Positions 12,094-24,820 of a DNA stretch of 64,000 bases are shown here, one piece after another. How positions within the stretch are numbered: the stretch's first letter is position 1; each line of letters begins with the position of its first letter. This DNA is from an uncultured Rivularia sp. GTDB taxonomy: Bacteria; Cyanobacteriota; Cyanobacteriia; Cyanobacteriales; Nostocaceae. The notes under the pieces are model-generated. The model had not been told where the DNA came from. It searched no databases and saw only the letters and a list, made by a program, of their open reading frames with translations. The stretch covers positions 6,944,001 through 7,008,000 of the forward strand of contig OY762007.1 of assembly GCA_963665115.1 (NCBI GenBank), in the 5' to 3' direction. Position numbers and translations under genes: made by a program.

Positions 12094-12444
12094 AGCGTAC
12101 AGTGTTGGCGAGGATACAATTTACTCTACCGCACAACCATGTTTTATTGGAGTTGTTAATAGAAATTCATGCTTTTTAAGATTTTGTAATGATTTTATTT
12201 ATACTTAAATAAAAAAAACATGGTGTTTTTAAATTAACTAATAATTAAGTATTAATCTATTAATCTCGTTAGGATACAGCGCGAATAAAGTAAATTAGAA
12301 AAGAAAACATTACTATTATATTTAGTAATTATACAGATAGTTAATGTATTTTATTTACAATATTTATTCTTAAGGAGATTTATTTGCTTCCCCGCTTGCT
12401 TCTAACTTGAGATAGGATATGTACGTAAATATGTATATCAATGT

Positions 12445-12627
12445 GAGAATGTAGCTTTGATTACAGAATCAGATTTAAGAAGTTTGATGGAAACGGTTTA
12501 TTTATTAAAAACCCCTGCAAATGCAACTCGTCTGCTGGATGCGATGGAGGAATCTGAGACAGGAAAAATTAAACCTCAAACCATCGAAGAACTCAAGCAG
12601 GAGTTAGGTATTGAACAAGAAGACTGA
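12445..12627 (+). pseudogene. 5'-truncated YefM/Phd-family antitoxin remnant
   Basis: My translation gives ENVALITESDLRSLMETVYLLKTPANATRLLDAM, like the YefM C-terminal half; an upstream in-frame stop at 12403 leaves no N-terminal domain. Confidence 0.65.
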
Positions 12628-12640
12628 GTTAGATTAAGTA

Positions 12641-12868
12641 AAGCCAGTTATTGTGAAGCATCAAAGCTTTAATGCAGAACAATTTTTTAATGAGCAACAA
12701 AAACAGCGTTTATCTAAACTCATGCATTTGTGGAAACAAGCAAGAGATCGAGGACAATCGTTTTCAAAAGAACTGTAAACTGAGTTGGATAATCTTGTTG
12801 AGGCTGAATTGAAAGCAGCCACCGCTCGAACGACATTTTTACTGCAACAGCCAGTAAATAAATCCTAA
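12641..12868 (+). pseudogene. Fragment of a small cyanobacterial hypothetical protein with an internal stop
   Basis: Frame reads FFNEQQKQRLSKLMHLWKQARDRGQ..EL*TELDNLVEAELKAATART, with TAA at 12776-12778. Confidence 0.5.
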
Positions 12869-12986
12869 CTATGGATTCGTTTGCGCTTATTTCCTTAAAA
12901 CATTTATTAAATAATTCACTTCACCAAATAATAAAAATTCACTTGCTGCAACAAAAATCACTTTTTAACTAACTACTAATCGCCAA

Positions 12987-14033
12987 TTAACCGTTAGCCA
13001 TTACAGCTTTTTGGGATTGAGGTTGGAGTAATCCATTTAACAACTGCGCCGGACGTTCGCCTCCGTAAGGCCAAGCGAAAGCATGACGGAAAGCGGCATC
13101 TTGACAAGCTTGGAGCATTTCAAAGCTGATAATATCGTAAGTCAAAAGATTTTCGTACTCAAATGGTAAACGCACGTTATGTAACCCGGCGTTATCGGTA
13201 CAAATAGCAATATCTACACCAGCATCAAAACAACGCTCGAACACCAACTTCAACTGTCGGATATCTTGTAAGGTTCCCGTTTTAATGTAAGTTGTCGGAC
13301 AGACTTCCAAACATTGTCCGCGTCTTGCTACATCTTTAAGTAAATCTGGGGTTAACAGCGGAATCTGAATACCGTGCCCAATTCGCATCAAATAAGGCAA
13401 TAATTCTGGATGACAGCCAGCTTTGGTTTCATAAACGTGTCCGGTAGTATTTAAACCAACGGATAAAGCATATTCATAAAGCTGCTTCCATTCATCCATA
13501 CGTTCTTTGTAGGCGCTGTCTCCTCCGGCTACGTCTACAGCACATACATACTGTCTGTTTTGAGCGGCTAAATCTACAATCGCTTTATTCACCTCATAAG
13601 GAAGCCGCGAGTGCATGCACAATATCTGACTCGTAACAATTGGATATTCGGGTACTTTGCTGGCTTTACCCACAACATCGACAATCTCTGCCATTTTGTC
13701 AATTCTCTCTGATTGACTTAAATGTTCTGGGGTTCGCAGGTAGGGGGTGTAGCGCAATTCCAAATACGCCAAATTTTCAAAAATATATGCACCGCGTACC
13801 AAACGATAAATAAAGTAAGGCAAAGTTTCTACATTTTGCACGCTTTCAACTAAAGTATGCAGTTCTAGATATTCTTCTAGGGTATTGCGCGGTTTGGTGT
13901 AAAACTCTTCAAATTCTTGATAATTCTGAAAGTCTTTGACTAGCTCATTGGAATGACGCTCGAAATATCCCCATAAAATCCGGGGTACAACCGAACCGCC
14001 AAGATGTCTATGCAATTCAGCATATAAAGCCAT
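12987..14033 (-). CDS. add: Adenosine deaminase family protein
   Basis: AELHRHLGGS (HxH), RIGHG, LEVCPT and ICTDN motifs. Confidence 0.85.
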   Translation of the reverse strand: MALYAELHRHLGGSVVPRILWGYFERHSNELVKDFQNYQEFEEFYTKPRNTLEEYLELHTLVESVQNVETLPYFIYRLVRGAYIFENLAYLELRYTPYLRTPEHLSQSERIDKMAEIVDVVGKASKVPEYPIVTSQILCMHSRLPYEVNKAIVDLAAQNRQYVCAVDVAGGDSAYKERMDEWKQLYEYALSVGLNTTGHVYETKAGCHPELLPYLMRIGHGIQIPLLTPDLLKDVARRGQCLEVCPTTYIKTGTLQDIRQLKLVFERCFDAGVDIAICTDNAGLHNVRLPFEYENLLTYDIISFEMLQACQDAAFRHAFAWPYGGERPAQLLNGLLQPQSQKAVMANG

Positions 14034-14120
14034 AACTGATATTTTATTCTAAAAATTTTATTAATAGTAACAAAAACAAAGAGTAAAAAAATAGATACTC
14101 AATAAAATTTTGTGTAAAGT

Positions 14121-16634
14121 CTATCTAAATTCCCTGCTAACTTTAGCTATCGTTTGCAACAAGTCCTTACCTGTAAAGGGTTTTGACATAAATGCTTTTA
14201 CATTTAGACTTTCATCTAAAGTTGAATCGTAATTTAACACTAAGCCGCTGATAGCAACAATTTTTACTTTAGGGCTGATTTTTTGTAACATCCTGATAGT
14301 AGTTTCACCATCCATCTCAGGCATCATTATATCCAGCAAGATTAAATTAATTTCTTGTTGATATTTTGTATAAATTTTTATAGCTTCGATTCCATTAGAT
14401 GCTGTTAATACGCGGTAATTATATGCTTCTAAAGATGACTTAGTTATTTTACGGATAGCTGGTTCGTCATCAACGACTAAAATTAATTCGCCACTACCAT
14501 TGAAGTCTTCAACAGATTCATCGCACCAAGAATTTGTTTCTCCGCCCGATTGGATGGGTAAATGAATTTTAACAATGGTACCTTTATTTAACTGGCTGCA
14601 AACATTCACAAAACCACCGTGGTTTTTTACAATACCCAAAGCAGTAGAAAGACCTAAACCCGTACCTTTTCCGACTTCTTTTGTAGTAAAAAATGGTTCA
14701 AAAATACGTTCTTGAACTTCTGGATGCATACCTATTCCGGTATCAGCCACGGTGACTACTATATAAGCACCTGTTTTTGCGTAGACGTTGGTTTGAGCAT
14801 AATATTCATCGATGGGTAGATTTTCGGCTGAAATTTTTAGCTTACCTCCCTTGGGCATGGCATCGCGGGCATTGATAACCAAGTTCATCAGTACCTGATG
14901 TAGTTGGGTGGCATCCCCATAAACATAATTTAAGTCAGACGCTATATTTACATCTAATTGAATTGATTTAGGAAAAGTTTCTCTAACAATTTGCTCAATT
15001 TCGGCAATTAAATATTTAATTTGAATAATAGTACGTTTACCTTCAATGCCTCTAGCGAAGGATAATAATTGTTTGATTAAACTAGCACCGCGTTGGGCAT
15101 TATTTTCTAACGTTTTTAGCAATCGTAAATGTTGGGAATCGTAGAGTTTTCTTTCTAATAATTGTACCGACATTAAAATTGGTGCTAATACATTATTAAG
15201 ATCGTGGGCTATTCCACCTGCTAAGGTGCCGATACTTTCTAAACGCTGGGTTCTTAAAAGTTGAGTTTCTAGTTGTTTCTTTTGGGTAATTTCTGTATTT
15301 TCAGCCAAAATTGATTTCGGCTGTCCTTTTTCATCTCGTAATAACGTCCAGCGGCTTTCAACGATAATATCTTTACCTTCTTTGGTTACTTGATGCAATT
15401 CTCCTTGCCAAATTCCTTGATTAATAACGCTTAATAATGCATCGTCTTGTTCTGAAGAATGTTCTTCGTGTAATAATCGCGATGATTTTTTACCGTAAAC
15501 TTCGCAAGCTTGCCAACCGTAAATATTTTCAGCCCCTTTATTCCAATATAAAATTCGATTGTGAATATCTTTGACTAAAATTGCGTTTGTGACTACATCT
15601 AGTAGCGCTGCTTGAGTTTGAAGCTTTTGTTCTGAAGCTTTACGCTGGCTGATGTCGCGAGTTATTGCTAAATGCAAAAAACCGTTGTTATTTTCATCTG
15701 GCAATGGTACACCGTAGGTTTTCATCCAGCGACGAGTACCTTTAAATCCAATCATCTCGAATTCCAAAGTTTCTTTATTACCCCGACAAACGCTTTCATG
15801 CATTAATCTATAGGCTTTTTGGTATTCTAGAATAACTGCCGAACATAGCGATCGCCCTATTAAAAGATCGGCGTTTTCTACCTCCATCATTTCTATCCCG
15901 GAGGCATTGATTTCTAAAAGAGTGCCATCGTTGTCTATTAACTTAATAGATTCTGGTTTTGCATCTATTATTGCCTGCAAGCGGTTTTCGCTTTGTCTTA
16001 AAGCAATTTCGGTTTTTTTTAGTCTGACTACGTAGTCTTTAAGCAGATAATAAAGTTGTGCAATTAATGCTAAGTTGCCAAAACCAGCAATTACAAAAGC
16101 AATTACGGCTTTATGGAAGCTAATATTTGATAAATTAATTTGATTTAATAAAACTTTTGCTTCTGTTTCTTCAAGATCGGAAATAACCTTTATTACATCA
16201 CGATTGAAAGCGGAATCTGGAGATAGATTCACTTGGTTGTTCTTTAATGGTTCTAATTTTTGCCCAAATAGATCGAGTCGATCGTTTATTTTGCGATCGA
16301 GCAACGAAATTTGTTGCTGTTTTTGGTAATTATGTTTAGTTAAATCTTTTAAAGTTCGGATGTTTATGTCAATTTCTTTTCGTGCAAAATCATATATTTT
16401 TAGATAATCTGTATTGGTTGATGTTAAGTAATTATAACGCGCTGCTTGAGCATCATTGAATACTAAAAATGTTTTTTCAAGCCTAACGATAACTTCATTT
16501 GAATGATTTATATATTGTTGGTTTGCATTTAGCTTTATCGCATTGCTATATGAAATTGCTGCATTAGCAAATACTAAACAAAGGATGGATAAAAATAATA
16601 TTCTTAATTTTTTTATGCTAAATGGTTTCATCAT
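14121..16634 (-). CDS. Hybrid sensor histidine kinase (CHASE3-like, 2 PAS, HisKA, HATPase, receiver)
   Basis: Two TM helices; GGIAHDLNN H-box, NLVINARDAM, FEPFFTTK and GTGLGL; ILVVDDE and LDIMMP receiver motifs. Confidence 0.92.
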   Translation of the reverse strand: MMKPFSIKKLRILFLSILCLVFANAAISYSNAIKLNANQQYINHSNEVIVRLEKTFLVFNDAQAARYNYLTSTNTDYLKIYDFARKEIDINIRTLKDLTKHNYQKQQQISLLDRKINDRLDLFGQKLEPLKNNQVNLSPDSAFNRDVIKVISDLEETEAKVLLNQINLSNISFHKAVIAFVIAGFGNLALIAQLYYLLKDYVVRLKKTEIALRQSENRLQAIIDAKPESIKLIDNDGTLLEINASGIEMMEVENADLLIGRSLCSAVILEYQKAYRLMHESVCRGNKETLEFEMIGFKGTRRWMKTYGVPLPDENNNGFLHLAITRDISQRKASEQKLQTQAALLDVVTNAILVKDIHNRILYWNKGAENIYGWQACEVYGKKSSRLLHEEHSSEQDDALLSVINQGIWQGELHQVTKEGKDIIVESRWTLLRDEKGQPKSILAENTEITQKKQLETQLLRTQRLESIGTLAGGIAHDLNNVLAPILMSVQLLERKLYDSQHLRLLKTLENNAQRGASLIKQLLSFARGIEGKRTIIQIKYLIAEIEQIVRETFPKSIQLDVNIASDLNYVYGDATQLHQVLMNLVINARDAMPKGGKLKISAENLPIDEYYAQTNVYAKTGAYIVVTVADTGIGMHPEVQERIFEPFFTTKEVGKGTGLGLSTALGIVKNHGGFVNVCSQLNKGTIVKIHLPIQSGGETNSWCDESVEDFNGSGELILVVDDEPAIRKITKSSLEAYNYRVLTASNGIEAIKIYTKYQQEINLILLDIMMPEMDGETTIRMLQKISPKVKIVAISGLVLNYDSTLDESLNVKAFMSKPFTGKDLLQTIAKVSREFR

Positions 16635-16934
16635 ACTTGGAATAAATAAAGTATTTTCTAATGCTGAATTTTATTTTTCTCGATAAATGCAATATTCTTA
16701 AACCTAATTAAAATACGCTGTATATGTGCTAGTTATGTTAATAAAAATTGCAGCCTTTTTCAGATGAAAATATTATTTAATTCAGATAAAAACTAATTAT
16801 CTGTTTAAAGTGTAGTATTAACAATCGGGAGTTAATCCCCGATAAAACTAAATATAGTATTCTGTCTTATTGAGATTCCCCTAACACCCTAAACAAAAGG
16901 AGATTTCGCGTGAGTCCTATTTATGATGAATAAT

Positions 16935-17088
16935 ATACAGCCCTTTGCAGCTAAATGAGGTACAAAGCTATATTCAGAAAGTCTTGTGGGATGGAGAGCA
17001 GCGCGTTGCGGAGGTTCCCTCCGTTGTAGCGACTGCGGGGCATCCCTGCCCGTCAGAATGTACTTCACCAAAACTAAATATGCTGTAT
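16935..17088. mobile_element. Small non-autonomous MITE/SDR-like element containing nested short repeats
   Basis: Imperfect 30-bp terminal inverted repeats (atacagc...tgaggtaca / tgtacttca...gctgtat); GC-rich internal hairpin cggagg-ttc-cctccg. Confidence 0.6.
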
Positions 17089-17613
17089 CTGATTAGAAAA
17101 TCATCTGAAATATTTGCTTGAAAAAACTAAATAAAATATAGTCACTTTTGCAAAAGATACAAATTGTAGAAGATCGGATTTAGCCAGAATTTAATTTATA
17201 TTTGACAAGTTAATATTTACTTAAACCATTATCTCTACCGAACGGCTATTACCTCATCAAATATAAATTGCATCAGCCGGATTTATTATGAGAGATAGAC
17301 TAAATATAAATCTAAGTTTTATCTGTACATATTTTATACATTTTTTGTAAAACCAATATGCGAACCATATCCTTACCAGTAAATATAAATTCATCACTTT
17401 ACTAAATAGTTACGGTATTAAATTGTTACTTATTTTACCAGAAAATAAATTTAAAAATGTAGCATATCAATCAATTCCAATCTGACAAAAGGTCACAATT
17501 GTCAAGGATTTATAACTAATCAAGCTTTTTTTTGAAAATGTTATCTACTAGCCTTGACATTGGTTACTAATCATGTGGATAATTATCATTTGTGAAAACC
17601 GTATTGTTAATAA

Positions 17614-18963
<1,350 letters not shown>

Positions 18964-19067
18964 GGTACAATGTTTTCTTTGTCTGTATATTTTAGAGGTG
19001 CAGTGTCAAAAACTGCACTGCTTTAAGTGTAAACTGACCCACAAACATTAATAATAAGAACAAAGCT

Positions 19068-19691
19068 ATGGAAATGATGGTCGAATGTCAAAAGCGACCA
19101 GAAGGGAGCAAAACGAAAGCTTTGCGTCGTTCTGGAGAGATTCCTGCCAATTTATACGGCCATAAAGGAACCGAATCAATTTCTTTGGTAGTTAACGCTA
19201 AAACCGTCGAGCGCTTACTCAAAAAAGCTTCGGTTAACAATACTTTGATTGACTTGAAAATTGCTGAAATACCTTGGGAAGGACAAACCTTGCTGCGGGA
19301 AGTTCAGGCTCATCCAGCGACAGGAAAACCTTACCATCTCAGCTTTTTCGCTGTCGCAGGTCACGGTAAAATGACAGTAGAAGTACCTTTCAACTTTATC
19401 GGCGATGCAGTTGGTGTAGAACAAGAAGGCGGTATATTAGATACCGTAATTACTCAAATGCAGTTAAACTGTCTGCCGGAGAACATTCCCGATTCAATTG
19501 ATATTGACGTTAGTAACTTGAATGTTGGAGACAGTTTACACGTCAATCAAATTGTATTACCGAAGGGCGTAACATTAACAGCAGAATCTGACGAACTTGT
19601 TGTAAGTGTTTTACCACCACAAGTTGCTGCAACTACAGAAGAAGATGAAGAAGGAACCGAAGAAGAAGCTGCCGAACCCGCAACTACTTAA
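19068..19691 (+). CDS. rplY: 50S ribosomal protein L25 / general stress protein Ctc
   Basis: [27 protein letters not shown] motifs; acidic tail. Confidence 0.93.
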   Translation: MEMMVECQKRPEGSKTKALRRSGEIPANLYGHKGTESISLVVNAKTVERLLKKASVNNTLIDLKIAEIPWEGQTLLREVQAHPATGKPYHLSFFAVAGHGKMTVEVPFNFIGDAVGVEQEGGILDTVITQMQLNCLPENIPDSIDIDVSNLNVGDSLHVNQIVLPKGVTLTAESDELVVSVLPPQVAATTEEDEEGTEEEAAEPATT

Positions 19692-19714
19692 AGGCTGCTT
19701 AATTAAATTAAAAT

Positions 19715-19740
19715 GCCAGGGGTTAGCTCCTGGTTTTTTT
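19715..19740 (+). terminator. Rho-independent terminator
   Basis: gccagggg-ttag-ctcctggt hairpin followed by a T run after rplY. Confidence 0.75.
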
Positions 19741-20047
19741 GTATCTTGTTAAATGTAATAATGACGTAGCAGATTCTACTGCCGATTTGTTAGTATCACA
19801 AATGAAAACAGCAGAGCTATTTATTAAACTCTACTCCCAAATGCAGAGGGTAAGTTTCTTGAAAAGCTTTCTGCTTTAACACTAACGTTTAGTCCATATT
19901 TATGTCATTGACCAGAATATGGCTAGTTTGCCCTATGCCATCTGGAGAAAGTCGTTATCAGCAAATAAAAATTATATCTTAAAATTTTAGATACAACTCA
20001 ACCACGAGATGCACAATTAAAAGAAGTTATTAGCCAATAGCCTAATT

Positions 20048-20567
20048 ATGGCAAAAAAAAGTTCTGGTAATTTTTTACCTATTTCTCAAAGCTTTCTCAC
20101 TCAACTGATATTCGGAACATTTTTGGCATTTATATTTTTCCTCTCTTCTGGACGAGTGGAACTAAGTGTCTTTCTTGGGGTATTAGGAGGGTTAAGTTTA
20201 GGCTTGTTTACAACATCCACAAGAACTGGCCCCTCATCCCGAAACCGTAGCATCTTCTGATGGTGTAGATGCTGGACTGAAATACTGGTTATTTTTCTTA
20301 CTTAGTTTTTTACTTTTGGGCTACGATCCGCCTATAAGTATTTTGTTAGGTGGAATAGCCGGTTTGAGTGGGGGCTTTATTTTTGCTTGGTGGGGAAGCA
20401 AGGAACCAACTGTGACTAAAGTTCCAAGTCAGATTCAGCGAGATATCGAAACCGACAATGACGAGTCAGCTTCCCCCGCACAGAGAATTAACTTGCAGCG
20501 AAGTAGGAGAGTAACCCGTCGTTACCGTCGTCGCTCTGGAATCAATATTAAGTTTTGGGAAAAGTAG
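20048..20567 (+). CDS. Conserved hypothetical membrane protein; apparent +1 frameshift at about 20228-20245
   Basis: ORFs 20048-20260 and 20316-20567 join through ..VASSDGVDAGLKYWLFF.. after removing one base. Confidence 0.65.
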
Positions 20568-20811
20568 CCGAAAGTTAAAAGGAAGAGAGTTAAGAGTTAA
20601 GAGTTAAGAGTGAGGAGCTAAGAGTTACTCACTTACAACTAATATCTTGTAATTTTGGCAAAAACTGAGTTTCTCTATCGTATCTGGATCGTAAATTCTT
20701 AATTTATGCTCTATAAACCTATTTTTTAGGTCTTGTTGAATTTAAACAGCAACAAGTTACATCACTCATAACTCATAACTCCTAATTCATAACTCATAAT
20801 TTATAGTTCCC

Positions 20812-21603
20812 ATGTTTTTATATCTTTCCAAGCTGCTGCCCCTTTTTTTCTATCCTCTAGGATTTATATGCATTTGTAATGTTTTAGCACTTTTTTTGCT
20901 TTGGAAAAGACCCCGTGTAGCAGCATTTTGCATTGCGCTAGGATTGTTTGTAGTGCTTTTAACCTCTAATGCTTGGGTTTCTCGTATTATGTTGAGTTCC
21001 CTTGAATCGCAAAATATTCCTACAGGAGAATTGCCTACAGCACAAGCCATTGTAGTTTTAGGCGGCGCAACCAAATCGGCTTACGCACCTCGAACAACAG
21101 TAGACTTAAGCGAAGCAGGCGATAGAGTTCTTTACGCAGCCCAACTTTACCGTCAAAAAAAAGCTCCCCTAATTATTGCTAGTGGTGGTCGTATCGATTG
21201 GTATGGGGGTGGTACGCCAGAATCCGAAGATATCGCAAAATTACTTACGTTTATGGGTGTAAAAGCGGAAGATATTTTACAAGATCCTACTTCACTTAAT
21301 ACCTATCAAAATGCCGTAAACGTAAAAAAAATTCTCTTAGAACGTAATATTGACCGCATACTATTAGTAACTTCAGCGATGCATATGCCGCGTTCGCTGG
21401 CAATTTTCAAACATCAGGATATTGAAACAGTTGCTGCACCTACTGATTTTCTGGTGACAAGAGGTGAACTTGAGTCAATAGGTAGCACCCCTAAAAGTGC
21501 AATTTTAAATTTATTACCAGATAGCAGAAATTTAGAAAATTTTACCCTTGCTTTAAAAGAGTATATAGGTATGATTGTATACCGTTTGCGCGGGTGGGTT
21601 TGA
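20812..21603 (+). CDS. YdcF/DUF218 (ElyC/SanA-like) protein
   Basis: AIVVLGG, SGG, SLNTYQNA and LVTSAMHMPRS motifs. Confidence 0.88.
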   Translation: MFLYLSKLLPLFFYPLGFICICNVLALFLLWKRPRVAAFCIALGLFVVLLTSNAWVSRIMLSSLESQNIPTGELPTAQAIVVLGGATKSAYAPRTTVDLSEAGDRVLYAAQLYRQKKAPLIIASGGRIDWYGGGTPESEDIAKLLTFMGVKAEDILQDPTSLNTYQNAVNVKKILLERNIDRILLVTSAMHMPRSLAIFKHQDIETVAAPTDFLVTRGELESIGSTPKSAILNLLPDSRNLENFTLALKEYIGMIVYRLRGWV

Positions 21604-21674
21604 ATCAGCGAACAGTGAACAGTGACGAATAAATTATCAACTAACAATTATCAACTAACAACTAACTAATACAA

Positions 21675-21899
21675 ATGTCACAAGAATTACAAAGAATAGT
21701 TCCGTCGGGGTCATCTCAAATAGAAGAAACTATTGCTGTTAATGAAACTACTCAAGAATTTTACCGAGAAGTTGAAGTGCGCTCGGAGTTTAATAATTAT
21801 TGTGAATGGTATCATGCTACAGCTAAAAGCAATCGTGAAGAATTAGAAAAAATGCGCGGCGAACTGAATATATTCCAGTGGTTTCGCCGCAGGGGCTAA
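21675..21899 (+). CDS. Small conserved cyanobacterial hypothetical protein
   Basis: ATG start; FYREVEVRSEFNNYCEWY..ELEKMRGELNIFQWF looks like a real protein sequence. Confidence 0.65.
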   Translation: MSQELQRIVPSGSSQIEETIAVNETTQEFYREVEVRSEFNNYCEWYHATAKSNREELEKMRGELNIFQWFRRRG

Positions 21900-21902
21900 A
21901 TT

Positions 21903-22170
21903 TTAGACTGTTTCTAACTCATTAGTACGTAAGTGAGCTTTAAACTTTTTAGTAAACTGCACTTGAATAGGGAAGTTAGCACTAACAGGCCCTTCCTTTC
22001 CATTCTGTAGCAATATTAAAGACTTCTCCTTCAAAGCCTTTGATATCAAAAGCTTCACCACGATGTTCGGGATGATGATAAATTACTACAGATTCAGCTA
22101 CACGGACGCGATCGCCAACTTTCATATCACTATTTGCATCTAACTTTTGGTTTTCCACAACTGTCGTCAC
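21903..22170 (-). CDS. ftrV: Ferredoxin-thioredoxin reductase variable chain; apparent +1 frameshift at about 21990
   Basis: MKVGDRVRVAESVVIYHHPEHR; removing one G gives WKGRPVSANFPIQVQFTKKFKAHLRTNELETV*. Confidence 0.88.
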
Positions 22171-22540
22171 GCCTATCCCTCAATGAATGTGTTTTTTCTC
22201 AAAATATAGACTGCTTGCCACTTTAAATTTTGTTTTAGCTTTATAAATGCGGTATAGAAGCCATATATAAAACTCCGCTCGCACGAAGGCAAGAGTTTTC
22301 ATCTCTATATCTTCACTCCAAAAGTAGACATTGGTCAACTAGTATAAGGTCAAAGGTTAAAGGTTAGGAGTTAGGAGTAGAGAGTAGCAAGTAGTAAGTA
22401 GCGAGTAAATTAATAATTTCCTATTTTTATCGTCATCTGTGTTAATCAACTGTGTTGCTTAACTATTTATTACAGTTTTACAACTTTCTACTCGCTACTC
22501 GCTACTCGCTACTTAAAGAATATGTCATCTCCCCATCCCT

Positions 22541-24466
22541 TCAATAAGGAGGACAAACTCCACGCACTTGCGGAGGAAGTTGCTTACAGGTTGTGTTAAA
22601 TGATTTAGGCTGAATTAGCCACCATGCGAGCAACGCCAATGCTGTACCTCCAATTAATAGCAGCAATACTACGAATAGTAATACGATTGGATTGCGTTTA
22701 GACTTTTTCTTGGCAGGTGCGCTCTGGTTATTTATGACGGGTTCGTCGTCGGAAAGCCTTAAGTCTAATAGCGCTTGGGAACTTTCTGCTAATTCTTGTT
22801 CTGAAGAAGCTGTTTCTTCTTCCAAAATCTCGATGTCAGATGCTTTAGGGCTGACTATCGCTAAATAATCTGGAATGACACGACAATGAGTAATAACTAC
22901 TGAAATATTGTCATGTCCGTTTCTATGATTTGCTAATTTAATCCAAGAATCAGCTGCTTCTTGGGGGGATACTTCACCCGTTAATACTGGTAATGCATAA
23001 TCGCGCCAGTAATGTTCTACCAGGTTATTGTCGCTCAAACCGTCGGAACATAATAGTAATATTCCATCTTCTTCTAAAATAAATCGTGAGATTTGGGGAT
23101 GAAGAAATTCACCTTCTTTGGTACCCAACGCTTGAGTTAAAGCAGTAGCATCGGGACGCTGTAATGCTTTATGATACAGGCTGCGTCCGTGAATTACTTC
23201 TCGCTTTGCAACATCGTCATCAACTGTAAGTAGCTGACAATAGTTGCGAGTAATCCAGTAAGCGCGGCTATCCCCAACGCTTGCTAAATAGAGTTCGCAA
23301 GCATTTTCCGAGCGCCAATTAGCGGTAGTAGTAACACTTTGCGGTATCTGTACCGACATAACCAGCGTTGTTGCCATGCGTTCTCTTTTTTCACGTTTCT
23401 GCTGGTTGTTGGCACTGCAAATTAAGTTATTTACAACTCGCAAGCTGGCTTCAATTTGCTGTTTTAACAAATCTGGAGATACGATTTCGGCTTGCTGTGC
23501 GACTTCAGCTAGTAGAGCTTTGATTTGCAGTTTTACTGACTGTACGGCTAAAGCGGAAGCAACTTCACCACCTGAGTGTCCGCCGATACCATCGCATACA
23601 AGAGATACTTTGGGTAATAAAGAATCTTCTTGAGAATCTCTAATTGTAGGAAAGCAATTATCTTCGTTTCTGGTTAGTTGCTCTCCTTTATCTGTAATTC
23701 CAGATACTTTCAAAGTTAAAGGTAATTCTGCTGCTGCTGATAGCAACAGTTGATTAAGTTGGTTAGAAATTGCTTCAAAATCAACCACACCGCTACACAT
23801 CTGCTTAACAAGTTTTTTTAAGGGACTGTTAACTTTTGTGTGGGAAATTGCTACAATCGGTCGCCAACATTCTCCCAGCTGCTGCAAAGATAGCGCGTTT
23901 GTGTTTTCGATAAGTTCCACTAAGCGCACGCACCAACCTTGTACGCGCAAGTTTTCTGGAACCAACAAACTACCTGCAACTCCCAATTCAGATAAGGGTT
24001 TCCACAATTCGAGAATTTGCCACAACCAGTAAACTTGTCTTACTGCCGTTGAATCCCATACATCGGTAATTGCAGGATATAAACTCCCTTTATCGTCAAT
24101 AGGTGCATTTTCTAGCAGCAGAATATCATCTTCATTTTGACGCGATTGTGTAAATCCGTATACATGAGGTACGTGCAATCGATATTGATGCAAGCGTAGA
24201 TAGGGAAGAACATTATTCGGTAATTTTTCTAATGTATCTGGTATTACTATCGGCTGAGTATCCAGCCAGATTTGAGGTGAAATGACTTCGTAACGAGAAG
24301 CAATTTTTTCTCCTGATTCTAAATTATTTTTTTCCGTATCTACCGCCCAAACATATCGGTAAACAAGGGGTGTAAAGCAATTAGCGCAAAGGCGATTACC
24401 TACGGAATTAACCGGGTCGGTACAGTGAGGATTCGTGCAATAAACTATCCTTTGAGTAGAAATCAT
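22541..24466 (-). CDS. PP2C-family Ser/Thr phosphatase with N-terminal Zn-ribbon and C-terminal TM helix
   Basis: CxxxxC..CxxC N-terminus; VCDGIGGHSGGEVAS, VGDSRAY, LCSDGLSD and GHDNISV motifs. Confidence 0.9.
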   Translation of the reverse strand: MISTQRIVYCTNPHCTDPVNSVGNRLCANCFTPLVYRYVWAVDTEKNNLESGEKIASRYEVISPQIWLDTQPIVIPDTLEKLPNNVLPYLRLHQYRLHVPHVYGFTQSRQNEDDILLLENAPIDDKGSLYPAITDVWDSTAVRQVYWLWQILELWKPLSELGVAGSLLVPENLRVQGWCVRLVELIENTNALSLQQLGECWRPIVAISHTKVNSPLKKLVKQMCSGVVDFEAISNQLNQLLLSAAAELPLTLKVSGITDKGEQLTRNEDNCFPTIRDSQEDSLLPKVSLVCDGIGGHSGGEVASALAVQSVKLQIKALLAEVAQQAEIVSPDLLKQQIEASLRVVNNLICSANNQQKREKRERMATTLVMSVQIPQSVTTTANWRSENACELYLASVGDSRAYWITRNYCQLLTVDDDVAKREVIHGRSLYHKALQRPDATALTQALGTKEGEFLHPQISRFILEEDGILLLCSDGLSDNNLVEHYWRDYALPVLTGEVSPQEAADSWIKLANHRNGHDNISVVITHCRVIPDYLAIVSPKASDIEILEEETASSEQELAESSQALLDLRLSDDEPVINNQSAPAKKKSKRNPIVLLFVVLLLLIGGTALALLAWWLIQPKSFNTTCKQLPPQVRGVCPPY

Positions 24467-24820
24467 TAGGTATAAATTATGTCTACTGTAATTAGCGAGT
24501 AAATTTAAGTGACATTTCGCAGCCAGAGGATTTGAGCTTCGATTAGACTAAGTAGGTATCCTTTTAACATAATTTTGTTATTAGAAGTAATCAAAATTTA
24601 CCGTAAAAAGAACAACTTTAACTTTTTTCGCTTTCAGAAAATTTAATATTGGCAAGTGTATTTATATTTAGTACGGCGAAGTTTAATAAAATCTTGGCTT
24701 TTGAAGTAATCGAAAAACTTGCAGTTAATAGTTTTTTAGTTTCATACTGGATACTTGAGCCTTCTTTGTACACATCATCTGCGAATCAATTTATCCTGAA
24801 TGTAGATTTTAGGATGATAT

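Noticed and set aside
16889..17071. 60-aa ORF
   Set aside because: It is a translation of the miniature repeat element and shows no protein features.
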